Below are positions 51,831 to 62,399 of a DNA stretch of 64,000 bases, in pieces (positions within the stretch are counted from its first letter, which is position 1; each line of letters opens with the position of its first letter). The notes under the pieces are model-generated. The model had not been told where the DNA came from. It made no database searches and worked only from the letters and a program-made list of their open reading frames with translations. The stretch comes from an uncultured Actinomycetota bacterium (GTDB taxonomy: Bacteria > Actinomycetota > Actinomycetes > JAHEKZ01). The translations under genes and the position numbers were made by a program. The stretch lies in assembly GCA_963718235.1 (NCBI GenBank), contig CAVQYR010000001.1, positions 1,568,001 through 1,632,000 on the forward strand, in the 5' to 3' direction.

Positions 51831-52463
51831 TCACATGGCGAACGACGTGCCGCGCAGCGCGGCGACGGACTCGTCGTCGCCGACGTAGTCGAGCACGGCA
51901 TGCTCGGCCCGGCCGAACAGGAACAGGAGAGCTCGCCGGGGTGACCGGTGACGGTGACCTTCGTGGCTCCTGGGTGCGCGACCACCGTCCGGGCGTCGGG
52001 CGTCTCCAGGGTCACCCCGACCGGGGCCCGGCGTAGGTGCAGCCGGGCCCGCTTGCTCACGATGTCCCACAGCGTGGCATCGGTCGGCTGCGGCAGCGTC
52101 CGCGGCTCCCAGGGGTCCTTGGCCCGTCGGACGTCCTCGTGGTGGACGAAGAACTCCGCGTCGTTGACCATCGCGTCGAGCGGTGCGAGCCGGGTGGGCG
52201 ACCAGAGAGGCGGACCGCCGCGCAGCCGGTGGACGAGGGAGGCCCAGCCGTCGTCGGCCGCGCCGTCCTGGACCCGCCTCGTCCACGACGCCAAAGAGCC
52301 GACGACGATCCCCAGGGCCGCATCGGGCCGGCTCTCCCGGACGACGAGGTGCGCGGCGAGGTCACGGGTGGTCCAGGTACCGCACAGCGTGGGTGCGTCC
52401 GGTCCGACCTCGTCGAGGAGGTCGCAGAGAGCTCGTGCGTTCGGAGCGGGCCAGAGTGGTCAT
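51831..52463 (-). CDS. TIGR03085-like (DinB/YfiT fold) metal-binding protein, frameshifted
   Basis: [41 protein letters not shown]; indels near 52430 and 51930. Confidence 0.8.
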
Positions 52464-52568
52464 GGCCCCAGCCTGCGCCACGGTGGCCGCTGATGCACAT
52501 CGGGTCGGCTCGGGCCTGCCGACAGGTGGAGGACCGGGGGCGGACCACCGGGCACGACAATGGGGCGG

Positions 52569-52923
52569 ATGACTCGGCCTCGACGCATCCATCGCGGCCC
52601 GGCTCAAGCGCGACGACCACGGGCTGGTGGCGGCGGTCGCGCAGCAGTACGACACCGGCGAGGTGCTCATGGTCGGGTGGATGGACGACGAGGCGCTGCA
52701 CCGGACGCTGACCACCGGACGGGTCACCTACTTCAGCCGTAGTCGGCAGGAGCACTGGCGCAAGGGAGACACCTCCGGGCACGTCCAACGTGTGGTCGAG
52801 GTGCGGCTCGACTGCGACGGCGACGCCGTCCTGGTCGCCGTCGACCAGACCGGTGCCGCCTGCCACACCGGCGACCGCAGCTGCTTCGACGCCGACGTCC
52901 TGCTGGCCAGCGACCAGGGGTAG
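52569..52923 (+). CDS. hisI: Phosphoribosyl-AMP cyclohydrolase, indel near the start
   Basis: [34 protein letters not shown]. Confidence 0.92.
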
Positions 52924-52929
52924 GGGAGG

Positions 52930-54489
52930 ATGACGGCCATGTCCACCGGAGCCGTCAGCCCTGACCTGGAGACGTTCCGCTCGCTCGCGCGGAGTCGCCG
53001 GGTGATCCCGGTGACCCGCCGGCTCATGGCCGACGCGGAGACGCCGGTCGGGCTGTACCGCAAGCTCGCACGCAACGCCCCGGGCACCTTCCTGCTCGAG
53101 TCGGCCGAGCACGGCGGCGTCTGGTCGCGCTACTCGATCGTCGGAGCGAGGTCGCACGCGGTGCTCACCGAGGTCGACGGTCAGGCGGTCTGGGTCAACG
53201 GCGTCCCGCCGGTGGGCGTGCCCACCGCGGGCGACCCGCTGGAGGCCCTGCGGGACACGGTGGCGGCGCTGCACACACCTCGGCTGCCCGGGCTGCCGCC
53301 GCTGACCGGAGGACTCGTCGGCTACATCGGCTACGACGCCGTGCGCCGGTGGGAGCGGCTCCCCGACGGAGCGGCCGACGAGCTGGCGCTTCCCGAGCTC
53401 GGAATGATGCTGGCCACCGACCTGGCGGTCCTGGACCACGCCGACGGCACTGTCCTCCTGGTGGCGAACGCGATCAACTACGACGCCACCGATGCCCGGG
53501 TCGACGACGCCTGGGCCGAAGCCGTCGACCGGCTCGACCGGATGACCGGGGAGCTGGCGGCGTCGGCACCGTCGACCGTGGCCACCGTGTCCACCACGGT
53601 GGCGCCGCAGTTCGAGAGCCGGACACCGAAGCCGGACTTCCTGGCCGCCGTGGCGAAGGCCAAGCAGGCGATCGAGGCCGGGGAGACCTTCCAGATCGTG
53701 GTCAGCCAGAGGTTCGAGGCGTCGTGCCCGGCCGACGCCCTGGACGTCTACCGGGTGCTGCGAGCGGCGAACCCGAGCCCGTACATGTACCTGCTGCGCT
53801 ACGACGACTTCGACATCGTGGGCTCCAGCCCCGAGGCCCTGGTCAAGGTGGCCGAGGGCAAGGCGATGACCCACCCCATCGCGGGTACCCGCTGGCGCGG
53901 GGAGACCCCCGAGCAGGACGCCGTCCTGGCGGCCGAGCTGCTCGCCGACGAGAAGGAGCGGGCCGAGCACCTGATGCTCGTCGACCTGGCGCGCAACGAC
54001 CTCGGTCGGGTGTGCACCCCGGGAACCGTCGAGGTCGTCGACTTCATGCACGTCGAGCGGTACAGCCACGTGATGCACATCGTGTCGAGCGTGGTCGGAA
54101 CCCTGGCCGCCGGCCGCACCTCCTACGACGCGCTGGTGGCGACGTTCCCGGCGGGAACCTTGTCCGGCGCCCCGAAGGTCCGGGCGATGGAGCTCATCGA
54201 CGGGCTCGAGCCGTCACGCCGGGGTCTGTACGGGGGTGTCGTCGGCTACCTCGACTTCGCCGGTGACATGGACCTGGCGATCGCGATCCGGACGGCCCTG
54301 ATCCGCGCCGGTCGGGCGTACGTTCAGGCCGGTGGCGGGATCGTGGCGGACTCGTCGCCGATGGCCGAGTTCGACGAGTCGGTGAACAAGGCGATGGCGG
54401 TGCTGCGGGCCGTGTCGTCTGCGGCGACCGTGGTTCCGGTCGCAGGACCGGCAGCTGGCCCGGGCGCAGGTCCCGGTCCCGACCGGTGA
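52930..54489 (+). CDS. trpE: Anthranilate synthase component I
   Basis: FLLESAE, NPSPYMY, GSSPE, PIAGT, EHLMLVDLARND, FPAGTLSGAPK, QAGGGIVADS. Confidence 0.95.
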   Translation: MTAMSTGAVSPDLETFRSLARSRRVIPVTRRLMADAETPVGLYRKLARNAPGTFLLESAEHGGVWSRYSIVGARSHAVLTEVDGQAVWVNGVPPVGVPTAGDPLEALRDTVAALHTPRLPGLPPLTGGLVGYIGYDAVRRWERLPDGAADELALPELGMMLATDLAVLDHADGTVLLVANAINYDATDARVDDAWAEAVDRLDRMTGELAASAPSTVATVSTTVAPQFESRTPKPDFLAAVAKAKQAIEAGETFQIVVSQRFEASCPADALDVYRVLRAANPSPYMYLLRYDDFDIVGSSPEALVKVAEGKAMTHPIAGTRWRGETPEQDAVLAAELLADEKERAEHLMLVDLARNDLGRVCTPGTVEVVDFMHVERYSHVMHIVSSVVGTLAAGRTSYDALVATFPAGTLSGAPKVRAMELIDGLEPSRRGLYGGVVGYLDFAGDMDLAIAIRTALIRAGRAYVQAGGGIVADSSPMAEFDESVNKAMAVLRAVSSAATVVPVAGPAAGPGAGPGPDR

Positions 54490-54496
54490 ACCGTTC

Positions 54497-54979
54497 GTGA
54501 CCGGTCCTGCTGCGACGGATCCCGGCGCGACCGCACGAGAGTCGGCCGCTCGCGGTCGTCGCGAGCTGCTCGTGGTGCTCGGGGCGCTCGGGGTGTCCGC
54601 AGGGCTCCTGCTGGCCGTCGGCCACGGTGAGGCCGCGGCGCGCGGCGGCGGCTTGTTCGCGCTGGCCGCCGTCGGTGGGGTGGTGGCCACCCGCGGCCTC
54701 GGCCGTCGGCTCGTGGGGGTGGTCACCGCGCTCGTCGGCGTCCTGGTGGTCGCGACCGGGGAGGCCTGGTCGGTCGCCACGGGAGGGACGCTCCTGGTGC
54801 TGGCCGGTGCCGCGACGGCGTGGCGGGCGACCCGCTGGCCGTCGTTGTCGGGGCGCTACGACGCCGGGGCAGGCGGCACTGCGCGCGCCGGGTCGAACCC
54901 TGCGCGTCGCTCGCACGACCTGTGGGACGCTCTGGACCGAGGCGAGGACCCGACCAGGGAGGACGAGGTGCCGCGATGA
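54497..54979 (+). CDS. Trp biosynthesis-associated membrane protein (short form)
   Basis: WPSLSGRYD and LWDALDRGEDPT motifs; follows trpE. Confidence 0.78.
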   Translation: MTGPAATDPGATARESAARGRRELLVVLGALGVSAGLLLAVGHGEAAARGGGLFALAAVGGVVATRGLGRRLVGVVTALVGVLVVATGEAWSVATGGTLLVLAGAATAWRATRWPSLSGRYDAGAGGTARAGSNPARRSHDLWDALDRGEDPTREDEVPR

Positions 54980-55500
54980 CCGACCCCACGCCACCCCCGG
55001 ACCCAGACCCAGACCCTGATCCTCAGCCCGGCTCGCCGCCCGACCCCTACGCCGCGCCGCCCCCACCGCCCCCACCGCCCTACCCACCGCAGTACCCAGC
55101 CCAGTACCCAGCCCAGTACCCAGCCCAGTACCCGGCCCAGTACCCAGCCCAGTACCCAGCCCAGGGCTACCCCTACCCGGTCAACCCACCGACGTCGGGC
55201 AAGGCGATCGCCTCGCTCGTGCTCGGCATCGTCGGCCTCTTCGCCCTGTGCGCCTACGGACTGGGTCTGGTCGCCGCGATCCTCGCGGTCGTGTTCGGGT
55301 TCCTGGCCCGTGCGGACATCCGCCGGGCCCAAGGCGCTCTGGGCGGCGACGGCCTGGCCAAGGCCGGCCTGGTCACCGGGTTCATCGGGATCGGCCTCGC
55401 GGTGCTCGGGCTGCTGCTCGTGATCGGGCTGCTGGTCAGCGGCCGCGGTGAGTGGGGAGGGGCCGACTCGACCCAGACCACGGTCGACTCCGGGTTCTGA
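54976..55500 (+). CDS. DUF4190 membrane protein with a Pro/Tyr-rich N-terminus
   Basis: TSGKAIASLVLGI...IR...GGDGLAKAGLVTG. Confidence 0.85.
   Translation: MTDPTPPPDPDPDPDPQPGSPPDPYAAPPPPPPPPYPPQYPAQYPAQYPAQYPAQYPAQYPAQGYPYPVNPPTSGKAIASLVLGIVGLFALCAYGLGLVAAILAVVFGFLARADIRRAQGALGGDGLAKAGLVTGFIGIGLAVLGLLLVIGLLVSGRGEWGGADSTQTTVDSGF
55090..55161 (+). repeat. 12-bp tandem repeat x6 (QYPA)
   Basis: cagtacccagcc x5 plus one cagtacccggcc. Confidence 0.92.
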
Positions 55501-55647
55501 GCGACGCGCCGAGACCACCCGGCCCGACGGGCGGTCGGGCTGACACAATGGCGTGTGGTCGGCCACCCCGGGCCACGCCCGATGGTGGCCTCGGGGCGAG
55601 ACCGATGTGACGTGCCAGCGAATGAGAGTGCGAGCGAAGGAGCACCG

Positions 55648-55884
55648 ATGGCCCACGAGGCGAAGCACTACCACCACGGGAACACCCCCGCGGCCTGGAC
55701 CGCCGTGACCATCATCATGATCGCCTTCGTGGTCGGAGCCGTCGGTGTGGTCGTGGCCCAGCCGTGGCTGTTCTGGGTCGGCGTCGCGATGGTGGCGCTC
55801 GGCATCGTCGTCGGTTACGTCATGGCCCTGATGGGCTACGGCCAGCCCCGCGAGGAGCACCAGGCCGCCAGCGCCGGGGCCTGA
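55648..55884 (+). CDS. HGxxPAAW family small membrane protein
   Basis: HGNTPAAWTAV, two TM helices, MGYG; AAGGAG RBS. Confidence 0.88.
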   Translation: MAHEAKHYHHGNTPAAWTAVTIIMIAFVVGAVGVVVAQPWLFWVGVAMVALGIVVGYVMALMGYGQPREEHQAASAGA

Positions 55885-55891
55885 CCGGGCC

Positions 55892-56350
55892 GTGCCTGCG
55901 CCCCGAGACCTGACCCAGGTCGCTGTGCCGCCCGCCCCAGCACAGCGGCGCGATCCGTCACACGCGATGGTCGCCCCTCTCGTCGTCGGCGGGCTCGGCC
56001 TCGCGTCGTGCGCCGCGCTCGCTCTGGTCGACCCCACCGGTGGCCCGCCGACCTGCCCGCTCAAGGCCCTCACCGGGCTCGACTGCCCGTTCTGCGGCGG
56101 GCTGCGTGGCACCCACGAGCTGCTGACCGGGAACGTGGGCGCCGCGTTCGACCAGAACCTCCTGCTCCCGCTGTTCCTCGTGGGCGCAGCGCTGGCCTGG
56201 CTGCTGTGGGTCCGGGTCTCCAGGAGCGGACGAGGCCGCGTGTGGTGGGGTGGGCGGACAGCCGCAGTGACGGTGTCGGTAGCCCTGCTCGCCTTCACGG
56301 TGGTCCGCAACCTGCCCGACATCCCCTACCTCCCGTCCGGTCTGGGCTGA
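55892..56350 (+). CDS. DUF2752 membrane protein
   Basis: CPLKALTGLDCPFCGGLRG, FTVVRN. Confidence 0.88.
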   Translation: MPAPRDLTQVAVPPAPAQRRDPSHAMVAPLVVGGLGLASCAALALVDPTGGPPTCPLKALTGLDCPFCGGLRGTHELLTGNVGAAFDQNLLLPLFLVGAALAWLLWVRVSRSGRGRVWWGGRTAAVTVSVALLAFTVVRNLPDIPYLPSGLG

Positions 56351-56409
56351 CCGCGCCGTTACCCTCGTAGGACGCCGGTGACCGCACCGGCCCGGCGAGA
56401 GGACACCGC

Positions 56410-57225
56410 GTGAGCGTGCTCGACGACATCGTCGCCGGCGTGCGCGAGGACCTCGCCGTCCGCCAGGCCGCGCTCCCGCTGGACGCGCTCAAGCAGCAGG
56501 CCGAGCGCACCCCGGCCCCGATCGATGCCCTCCGGCTGCTGCGCGACCACGAGGGCGTGGCGATCATCGCCGAGGTCAAGCGGTCGTCCCCCTCCAAGGG
56601 GACGTTGGCCAGCATCGACGACCCGGCCGCACTCGCCCGCGCGTATGAGTCCGGCGGCGCAAGTGCGATCAGCGTCCTGACCGAGCAGCGGCGGTTCGGC
56701 GGCACCCTCGAAGACCTGCGCACCGTCCGGGCAGCCGTCGACGTTCCGGTCCTGCGCAAGGACTTCATCGTGACCAGCTACCAGCTGTGGGAGGCCAGGG
56801 CCGCCGGGGCCGACCTGGCGCTGCTCATCGTGGCCGCCCTCGAGCAGTCAGCCCTCGTGTCGCTCATCGAGCGGGCCGAGTCGTTGGGGCTGACGCCGCT
56901 GGTGGAGGTGCACGACGTCGAGGAGGCCGAGCGAGCCGTCGCCGCCGGTGCCCGACTGATCGGCGTCAACGCCCGCAACCTGCACACCCTCGAGGTCGAC
57001 CGGGACACCTTCTCCCAGGTGATGCCGCACCTGCCGGACGACGTCGTCAAGGTTGCCGAGTCAGGAGTACGCGGACCCCACGACCTGCTCGGCTACGTCC
57101 ACGCCGGCGCCGACGCGGTCCTCGTCGGGGAGAGCCTGGTCAAGGGCGACGACCCGCGAGCCGCGGTGGCCGACCTCGTCGCCGCCGGTGCGCACCCGGC
57201 CCTGCGTCAGGGGAGGCAGCCATGA
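56410..57225 (+). CDS. trpC: Indole-3-glycerol phosphate synthase
   Basis: [34 protein letters not shown]. Confidence 0.96.
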   Translation: MSVLDDIVAGVREDLAVRQAALPLDALKQQAERTPAPIDALRLLRDHEGVAIIAEVKRSSPSKGTLASIDDPAALARAYESGGASAISVLTEQRRFGGTLEDLRTVRAAVDVPVLRKDFIVTSYQLWEARAAGADLALLIVAALEQSALVSLIERAESLGLTPLVEVHDVEEAERAVAAGARLIGVNARNLHTLEVDRDTFSQVMPHLPDDVVKVAESGVRGPHDLLGYVHAGADAVLVGESLVKGDDPRAAVADLVAAGAHPALRQGRQP

Positions 57226-58478
57226 CCACAGCGCCCGAGCAGGCCCGCACGGTGTCCGAGCCGGACGCCACCGGGCACTTCGGTCCGTACGGTGGCCGCT
57301 TCGTGCCGGAGGCCCTGGTCGCCGCGCTCGACGAGCTGGCCGAGGCCTTCGACGCTGCGCGTGACGACCCGGAGTTCCTAGCCCGCCTCGACGGGCTCCA
57401 GCGCACCTACACCGGCCGCCCGAGCCCGCTCACCGACGCGACCCGGTTCAGCGAGCAGTGCGGCGGCGCCCGGGTCCTGCTCAAGCGTGAGGACCTCAAC
57501 CACACCGGCTCACACAAGATCAACAACGTGCTCGGACAGGCGCTGCTCACCCAGCGGATGGGCAAGACCCGGGTGATCGCCGAGACCGGAGCCGGTCAGC
57601 ACGGTGTGGCCACCGCCACGGCCTGTGCGCTGCTGGGCCTCGACTGCGTGGTCTACATGGGCGAGGAGGACACCCGGCGCCAGGCCCTCAACGTGGCCCG
57701 GATGAAGCTGCTCGGGGCCGAGGTCGTGCCGGTGATGTCGGGCTCGCGCACCCTCAAGGACGCGATCAACGAGGCGATGCGCGACTGGGTCACCAACGTC
57801 GACACCACGCACTACCTGCTCGGAACCGTCGCCGGACCCCACCCGTTCCCCTACATGGTGCGCGAGTTCCACAAGGTCATCGGCGAGGAAGCCCGCCAGC
57901 AGGTGCTCGACCTGACCGGGCGGCTCCCCGACGCCGTCATCGCCTGTGTCGGCGGCGGCAGCAACGCGATCGGCATCTTCTACCCGTTCATCGGTGACGA
58001 GGCGGTGCGCCTCTACGGCTTCGAGGCCGGCGGCGAGGGTGTGGAGACCGGGCGCCATGCGGCGACGATCACCGGGGGAGCGCCGGGCGTGCTGCACGGC
58101 GCCCGCTCGTACCTGCTGCAGGACGACATGGGGCAGACGATCGAGAGCCACTCGATCTCGGCAGGGCTCGACTACCCCGGGGTCGGTCCCGAGCACTCGT
58201 TCCTCAACGACCTCGGACGGGCCACCTATGCGCCCGTCACCGATGCCGAGGCCATGGCCGCGTTCGAGCTGCTGTGCCGCACCGAGGGCATCATCCCCGC
58301 CATCGAGTCGGCCCATGCGCTCGCCGGAGCCATCACCGTCGGGCGCGACCTCGGGCCTGACGCCGTGCTGCTGGTCAACCTGTCCGGCCGCGGCGACAAG
58401 GACGTCGAGACCGCAGCGCGCTGGTTCGGGCTGGCGTCCGAGGCCGGCCCACAGGTCAGCGCCGAGGAGCCGAAGTGA
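57222..58478 (+). CDS. trpB: Tryptophan synthase beta
   Basis: [52 protein letters not shown]. Confidence 0.97.
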   Translation: MTTAPEQARTVSEPDATGHFGPYGGRFVPEALVAALDELAEAFDAARDDPEFLARLDGLQRTYTGRPSPLTDATRFSEQCGGARVLLKREDLNHTGSHKINNVLGQALLTQRMGKTRVIAETGAGQHGVATATACALLGLDCVVYMGEEDTRRQALNVARMKLLGAEVVPVMSGSRTLKDAINEAMRDWVTNVDTTHYLLGTVAGPHPFPYMVREFHKVIGEEARQQVLDLTGRLPDAVIACVGGGSNAIGIFYPFIGDEAVRLYGFEAGGEGVETGRHAATITGGAPGVLHGARSYLLQDDMGQTIESHSISAGLDYPGVGPEHSFLNDLGRATYAPVTDAEAMAAFELLCRTEGIIPAIESAHALAGAITVGRDLGPDAVLLVNLSGRGDKDVETAARWFGLASEAGPQVSAEEPK

Positions 58479-59291
58479 CGGCGCTCGACGACCTGTTCGT
58501 CCGCACGCGGGCCGAGGGTCGGGCCGCTCTGATCGGGTACCTGCCGGCCGGGTACCCGAGCGTCGACGGTGCGATCGACGCGGCTCGCGCCATGGTCCAC
58601 GGCGGGGTCGACGCGGTCGGAGATCGGCCTGCCCTACTCCGACCCCCTGCTCGATGGCCCGACCATCCAGGAGGCGGTCGACGCGGCACTCGCCCACGGC
58701 GTCACCACCGACGACGTCATGCGCACGGTGGCGCAGGTGGCGGACACGGGTACTCCGACCCTGGTGATGAGCTACTGGAACCCGATCGAGCGCTACGGCG
58801 TGACCCGCTTCGCCGATGCGCTCCGAGCCGCCGGAGGGGTCGGGGCGATCACCGCCGACATCACCCCCGATGAGGCGGGCGGCTGGATCGCCGCGGCCGA
58901 GGCGGCCGAGCTGAACCGGGTCTTCCTGGTGGCCCCCTCGTCGACCGATGCGCGGATCGCCCTGACCACGGGCCAGGCCACCGGGTTCGTGTACGTGGCC
59001 GCGGTGATGGGCGTCACCGGTGCGCGAGACCAGGTCGGACCGTCGGCGCGAGCTCTCGTCGAGCGCACCCGGGCGATGACCACGAAACCGTTGTGCGTCG
59101 GCCTCGGCGTGTCGACCGGGGACCAGGCGGCCGAGGTCGCACGCTATGCCGACGGGGTCATCGTCGGTTCGGCCTTCGTGCGCCGGCTCCTCGATGCCGA
59201 CACCCCGGAAGACGGGATCGCAGCGGTGCGCGCGCTGGCGGCCGAGCTGGCCGAAGGGGTGCGCTCCGCACGACGGGAGACGGTGGTTTGA
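58475..59291 (+). CDS. trpA: Tryptophan synthase alpha, frameshift near 58618
   Basis: GYLPAGYP, then [32 protein letters not shown] in the next frame. Confidence 0.92.
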
Positions 59292-59916
59292 GCACGTCGA
59301 CCACGGGGGCCGAGACCCCCGCACGGGCGTTCGCCGGCGGTGGCGCGCAGATGTGGCTGTCCACCCTCGCCCGGGTGGTGCTCGCCGGTGTGCTGTTCTT
59401 CGCCTCCTACCAGAAGATCCTCGAGCCCCGGCAGGCGGCGTCGGCGGTCCAGGCCTACCAGATCCTTCCGGCGTCGATGGCCGAGCTCGTCGGGTACGCG
59501 CTGCCCCTGGTCGAGCTGGGGCTCGCCGTGATGCTGCTGCTGGGCTTCGGCACCCGGATCGCCGCGTGGCTCACGGCCGGCCTGATGGCGGTGTTCATCG
59601 CCGGCGTCCTGTCGGTGTGGGCCCGTGGGCTGTCGATCGACTGCGGGTGCTTCGGTGGCGGCGGCGCCGTGCCGGAGGGGGAGGCCAGCTACCTCCCGGT
59701 CGTCCTGCGCGACAGCCTGTTTCTCGGCCTCGCGGTGTGGCTGGTCTCTTTCCCACCAGCCGGTGGGCCATCGACCGAAGTGGCCGGGCCGGGACGGGCG
59801 ACCTCGGTGTCTACGACGAGCTCACCGAGCCCGACCCCGAGGCCGTCGACGACGAACTCACCGCAGCCGCCGAGCAGATCGACCGGCGCACGACGCACGA
59901 GGAGCCGCACCGATGA
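59288..59916 (+). CDS. MauE/DoxX family redox-associated membrane protein, frameshift near 59750
   Basis: AVQAYQILP, LPLVE, WARGLSIDCGCFGGGG, RD; the tail SRWAID... is in another frame. Confidence 0.85.
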
Positions 59917-60674
59917 GCAGCAAGGAAAGCAAGCGCAGCGCGCGCGACCAGCTGGCCGAGCAGCGCAAGGCGCAGGCGGCGGCCGACAAGCGCAAGCAGA
60001 CGATCACCAACACGGTGATCGTGGTGGTGGTCGTGGCCGTGGTGATCGGGATCTTCGTGGCCGTGCAGGCCAGCCGCACCTCCGGCCCGGACACCGCCGC
60101 CTTCCCTGCGACTGTCACCGAGCAGGGTGCCGGCGTGGTGGTGGGGTCGGCGGACGCTCCGGTCACCCTCGACCTCTGGGAGGACTTCCAGTGCCCGATC
60201 TGCAAGGACTTCGAGGCCTCGGTCGGTGAGGACATGGCGGCCCTGGTCGACGACGGGACACTCAAGGTCGTGATCCACCCGGTGTCCTTCCTCGACGCCC
60301 AGCTGAACAACCTGGCGTCGATCCAGGCCGCCGCAGCCTTGGGCTGTGCCGCCGACGCCGGCAAGCCGCTGGAGTTCCACGGCACCGTCTTCGCCAACCA
60401 GCCCGCGACCGAGGGCGACGGCTGGACGATCGACCAGCTGGTCCAGTGGGGCAAGGACTCCGGGATCGACGACGCCGACTTCGAGCCCTGCGTCACCGAC
60501 CAGGTCTACGCGCCGTGGGGCGAGCAGGTGCTGGCGAGCATGACCGACGCCGGTGTCACCGGTACCCCGACCCTGTTCATCGACGGTGAGAAGGTCAGCG
60601 ACGAGGACCGGGCCGCGATGACCCTCGACTCCAAGAAGTTCGTCCAGGCGATCGAGGACGCTGCCCAGTCGTGA
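59913..60674 (+). CDS. Membrane-anchored DsbA-like thioredoxin-fold protein
   Basis: TM helix, EDFQCPICKDFE, GTPTLFIDG. Confidence 0.9.
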   Translation: MSSKESKRSARDQLAEQRKAQAAADKRKQTITNTVIVVVVVAVVIGIFVAVQASRTSGPDTAAFPATVTEQGAGVVVGSADAPVTLDLWEDFQCPICKDFEASVGEDMAALVDDGTLKVVIHPVSFLDAQLNNLASIQAAAALGCAADAGKPLEFHGTVFANQPATEGDGWTIDQLVQWGKDSGIDDADFEPCVTDQVYAPWGEQVLASMTDAGVTGTPTLFIDGEKVSDEDRAAMTLDSKKFVQAIEDAAQS

Positions 60675-60711
60675 CGCCATGCTGACCCTGCCGGGCTGGA
60701 GCCACGGAGGG

Positions 60712-61663
60712 ATGCTCGGCGCGGTGCCGACGTCCATTCCGAGCCCTCCGGACGGCGTGTGGTACCTGGGCCCGCTCCCGCTGCGTGGGTACGCGCTCAG
60801 CATCATCGTCGGGATCGCGTTGGCGATCTGGATCGGTGAACGGCGCTGGAGGGCACGCGGGGGCCAGCCCGGCCTGGTGATGGACGTCGCGCTGTGGGCC
60901 GTCCCGTTCGGGATCGTCGGTGGGCGGCTCTACCACGTGGTCACGTCCCCGCAGGCCTACTTCGGGGAGGGCGGGGCCCCCCTCGACGCGCTGAAGATCT
61001 GGCAGGGCGGGCTCGGGATCTGGGGAGCAGTCGCGCTGGGCGGTGTCGGCGCCTGGATCGGCTGTCGCCGTCATGGGGTGCCCCTGCCGCCGTTCGGTGA
61101 TGCGGTGGCTCCCGGCATCGCCGTGGCCCAGGCGGTCGGCCGGTGGGGCAACTGGTTCAACCAGGAGCTGTTCGGCGGCCCCACAGACCTGCCCTGGGGG
61201 CTGGAGATCGACCCGCAGCACCGCCCGGTCGGGTACGAGGACGTGGCCACCTTCCATCCGACGTTCCTGTACGAGTGCCTCTGGTTGCTGGGCGTCGCCG
61301 CCGTCGTCGTGTGGGCCGACCGCCGGTGGCGGCTCGGTCACGGCCGGGTGTTCGCGCTCTACGTGGCGCTGTACTGCGTGGGTCGGTTCTGGATCGAGCT
61401 GATGCGGGTCGACCCGGCCAACGAGATCCTCGGCCTGCGGGTCAACACCTGGGTCAGCGGCCTGGTGTTCGTCGGCGCCGTCGCCTACTTCGTCTCGTCG
61501 GCGCGGCTGCGTCCAGGTCGTGAGGATCCGGTCGAGCTGCGTGGCGCGGCCGTCCCCGACCCCGTCCCTGCCCCAGTCCCTGCCCCCGAGGCCAGACCCG
61601 GGCCCGAGCCGGGCGCCGGGCAGGACACCGGGCAGGACACTGGGCCGGGGGGTCAGCCCATGA
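60712..61663 (+). CDS. lgt: Prolipoprotein diacylglyceryl transferase (reads in frame into the next gene in this assembly)
   Basis: GGRLYHV, IWQGGLGIWG, GRWGNWFNQELFG, HPTFLYE. Confidence 0.92.
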
Positions 61664-62376
61664 GCCCGGCCGAGGTCCACCACGCGCACCGTGACGTGAC
61701 CGGAGGATGGCTGCGACCGGCCGTGTTCGGGGCCAGCGACGGCCTGGTCAGCAACGTCGCGCTGATCGCCGGTGTGGCCGGCGGTACGTCTGCGGCAGAC
61801 ACGGGTGGACCGACCGCCGTTGCCCTCGCCGGGCTGGCCGGGCTGGCCGCCGGTGCGTTCTCGATGGCCGTGGGTGAGTACGTGTCCGTGGCCTCGCAGA
61901 CCGAGCTCGCCCAGGCCGAGATCGAGAACGAGCGCAACGAGCTGACCCACCGGCCGGAGGCCGAGCGCGCCGAGCTGACCCAGGCCTACGTCAGCCGCGG
62001 CCTCGACCCGACGCTCGCCGCCCAGGTCGCCGAGCAGCTGTCGAGGGACGAGGACCGAGCCTTGCGGGTGCACGTCCGCGAGGAGCTCGGCCTGGACCCG
62101 GACGACCTGCCGTCACCCTGGCTTGCGGCCTTCTCGTCGTTCCTGGCCTTCAGCGTCGGCGCCCTGGTCCCGGTGCTGCCGTACCTGCTCGGCGCACAGA
62201 ACCTGTGGCCCACACTGGCGGTCTCGCTCGTCTCGCTCTTCCTGGTGGGCGTGCTCGTGGCCCAGGTCACCGTGCGCCCGTGGTGGTACTCCGGTCTGCG
62301 TCAGATGCTGCTCGGTGGTGCGGCCGCCTTGTTGACGTTCGCCTTCGGTTCACTGGTGGGCAGCGGGCTCGGCTGA
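61660..62376 (+). CDS. VIT1/CCC1 family metal transporter
   Basis: HRDVTGGWLRPAVFGASDGLVSN, SMAVGEYVSV, REELG. Confidence 0.92.
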   Translation: MSPAEVHHAHRDVTGGWLRPAVFGASDGLVSNVALIAGVAGGTSAADTGGPTAVALAGLAGLAAGAFSMAVGEYVSVASQTELAQAEIENERNELTHRPEAERAELTQAYVSRGLDPTLAAQVAEQLSRDEDRALRVHVREELGLDPDDLPSPWLAAFSSFLAFSVGALVPVLPYLLGAQNLWPTLAVSLVSLFLVGVLVAQVTVRPWWYSGLRQMLLGGAAALLTFAFGSLVGSGLG

Positions 62377-62399
62377 GCGGCGCCGATAGGGTCGAGGCC

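Noticed and set aside
49861-52923. True pseudogenes indicating histidine auxotrophy
   Set aside because: The lesions look like indels with protein motifs preserved, hisD, hisC, hisB and hisH are intact, and unrelated or essential genes show the same error type
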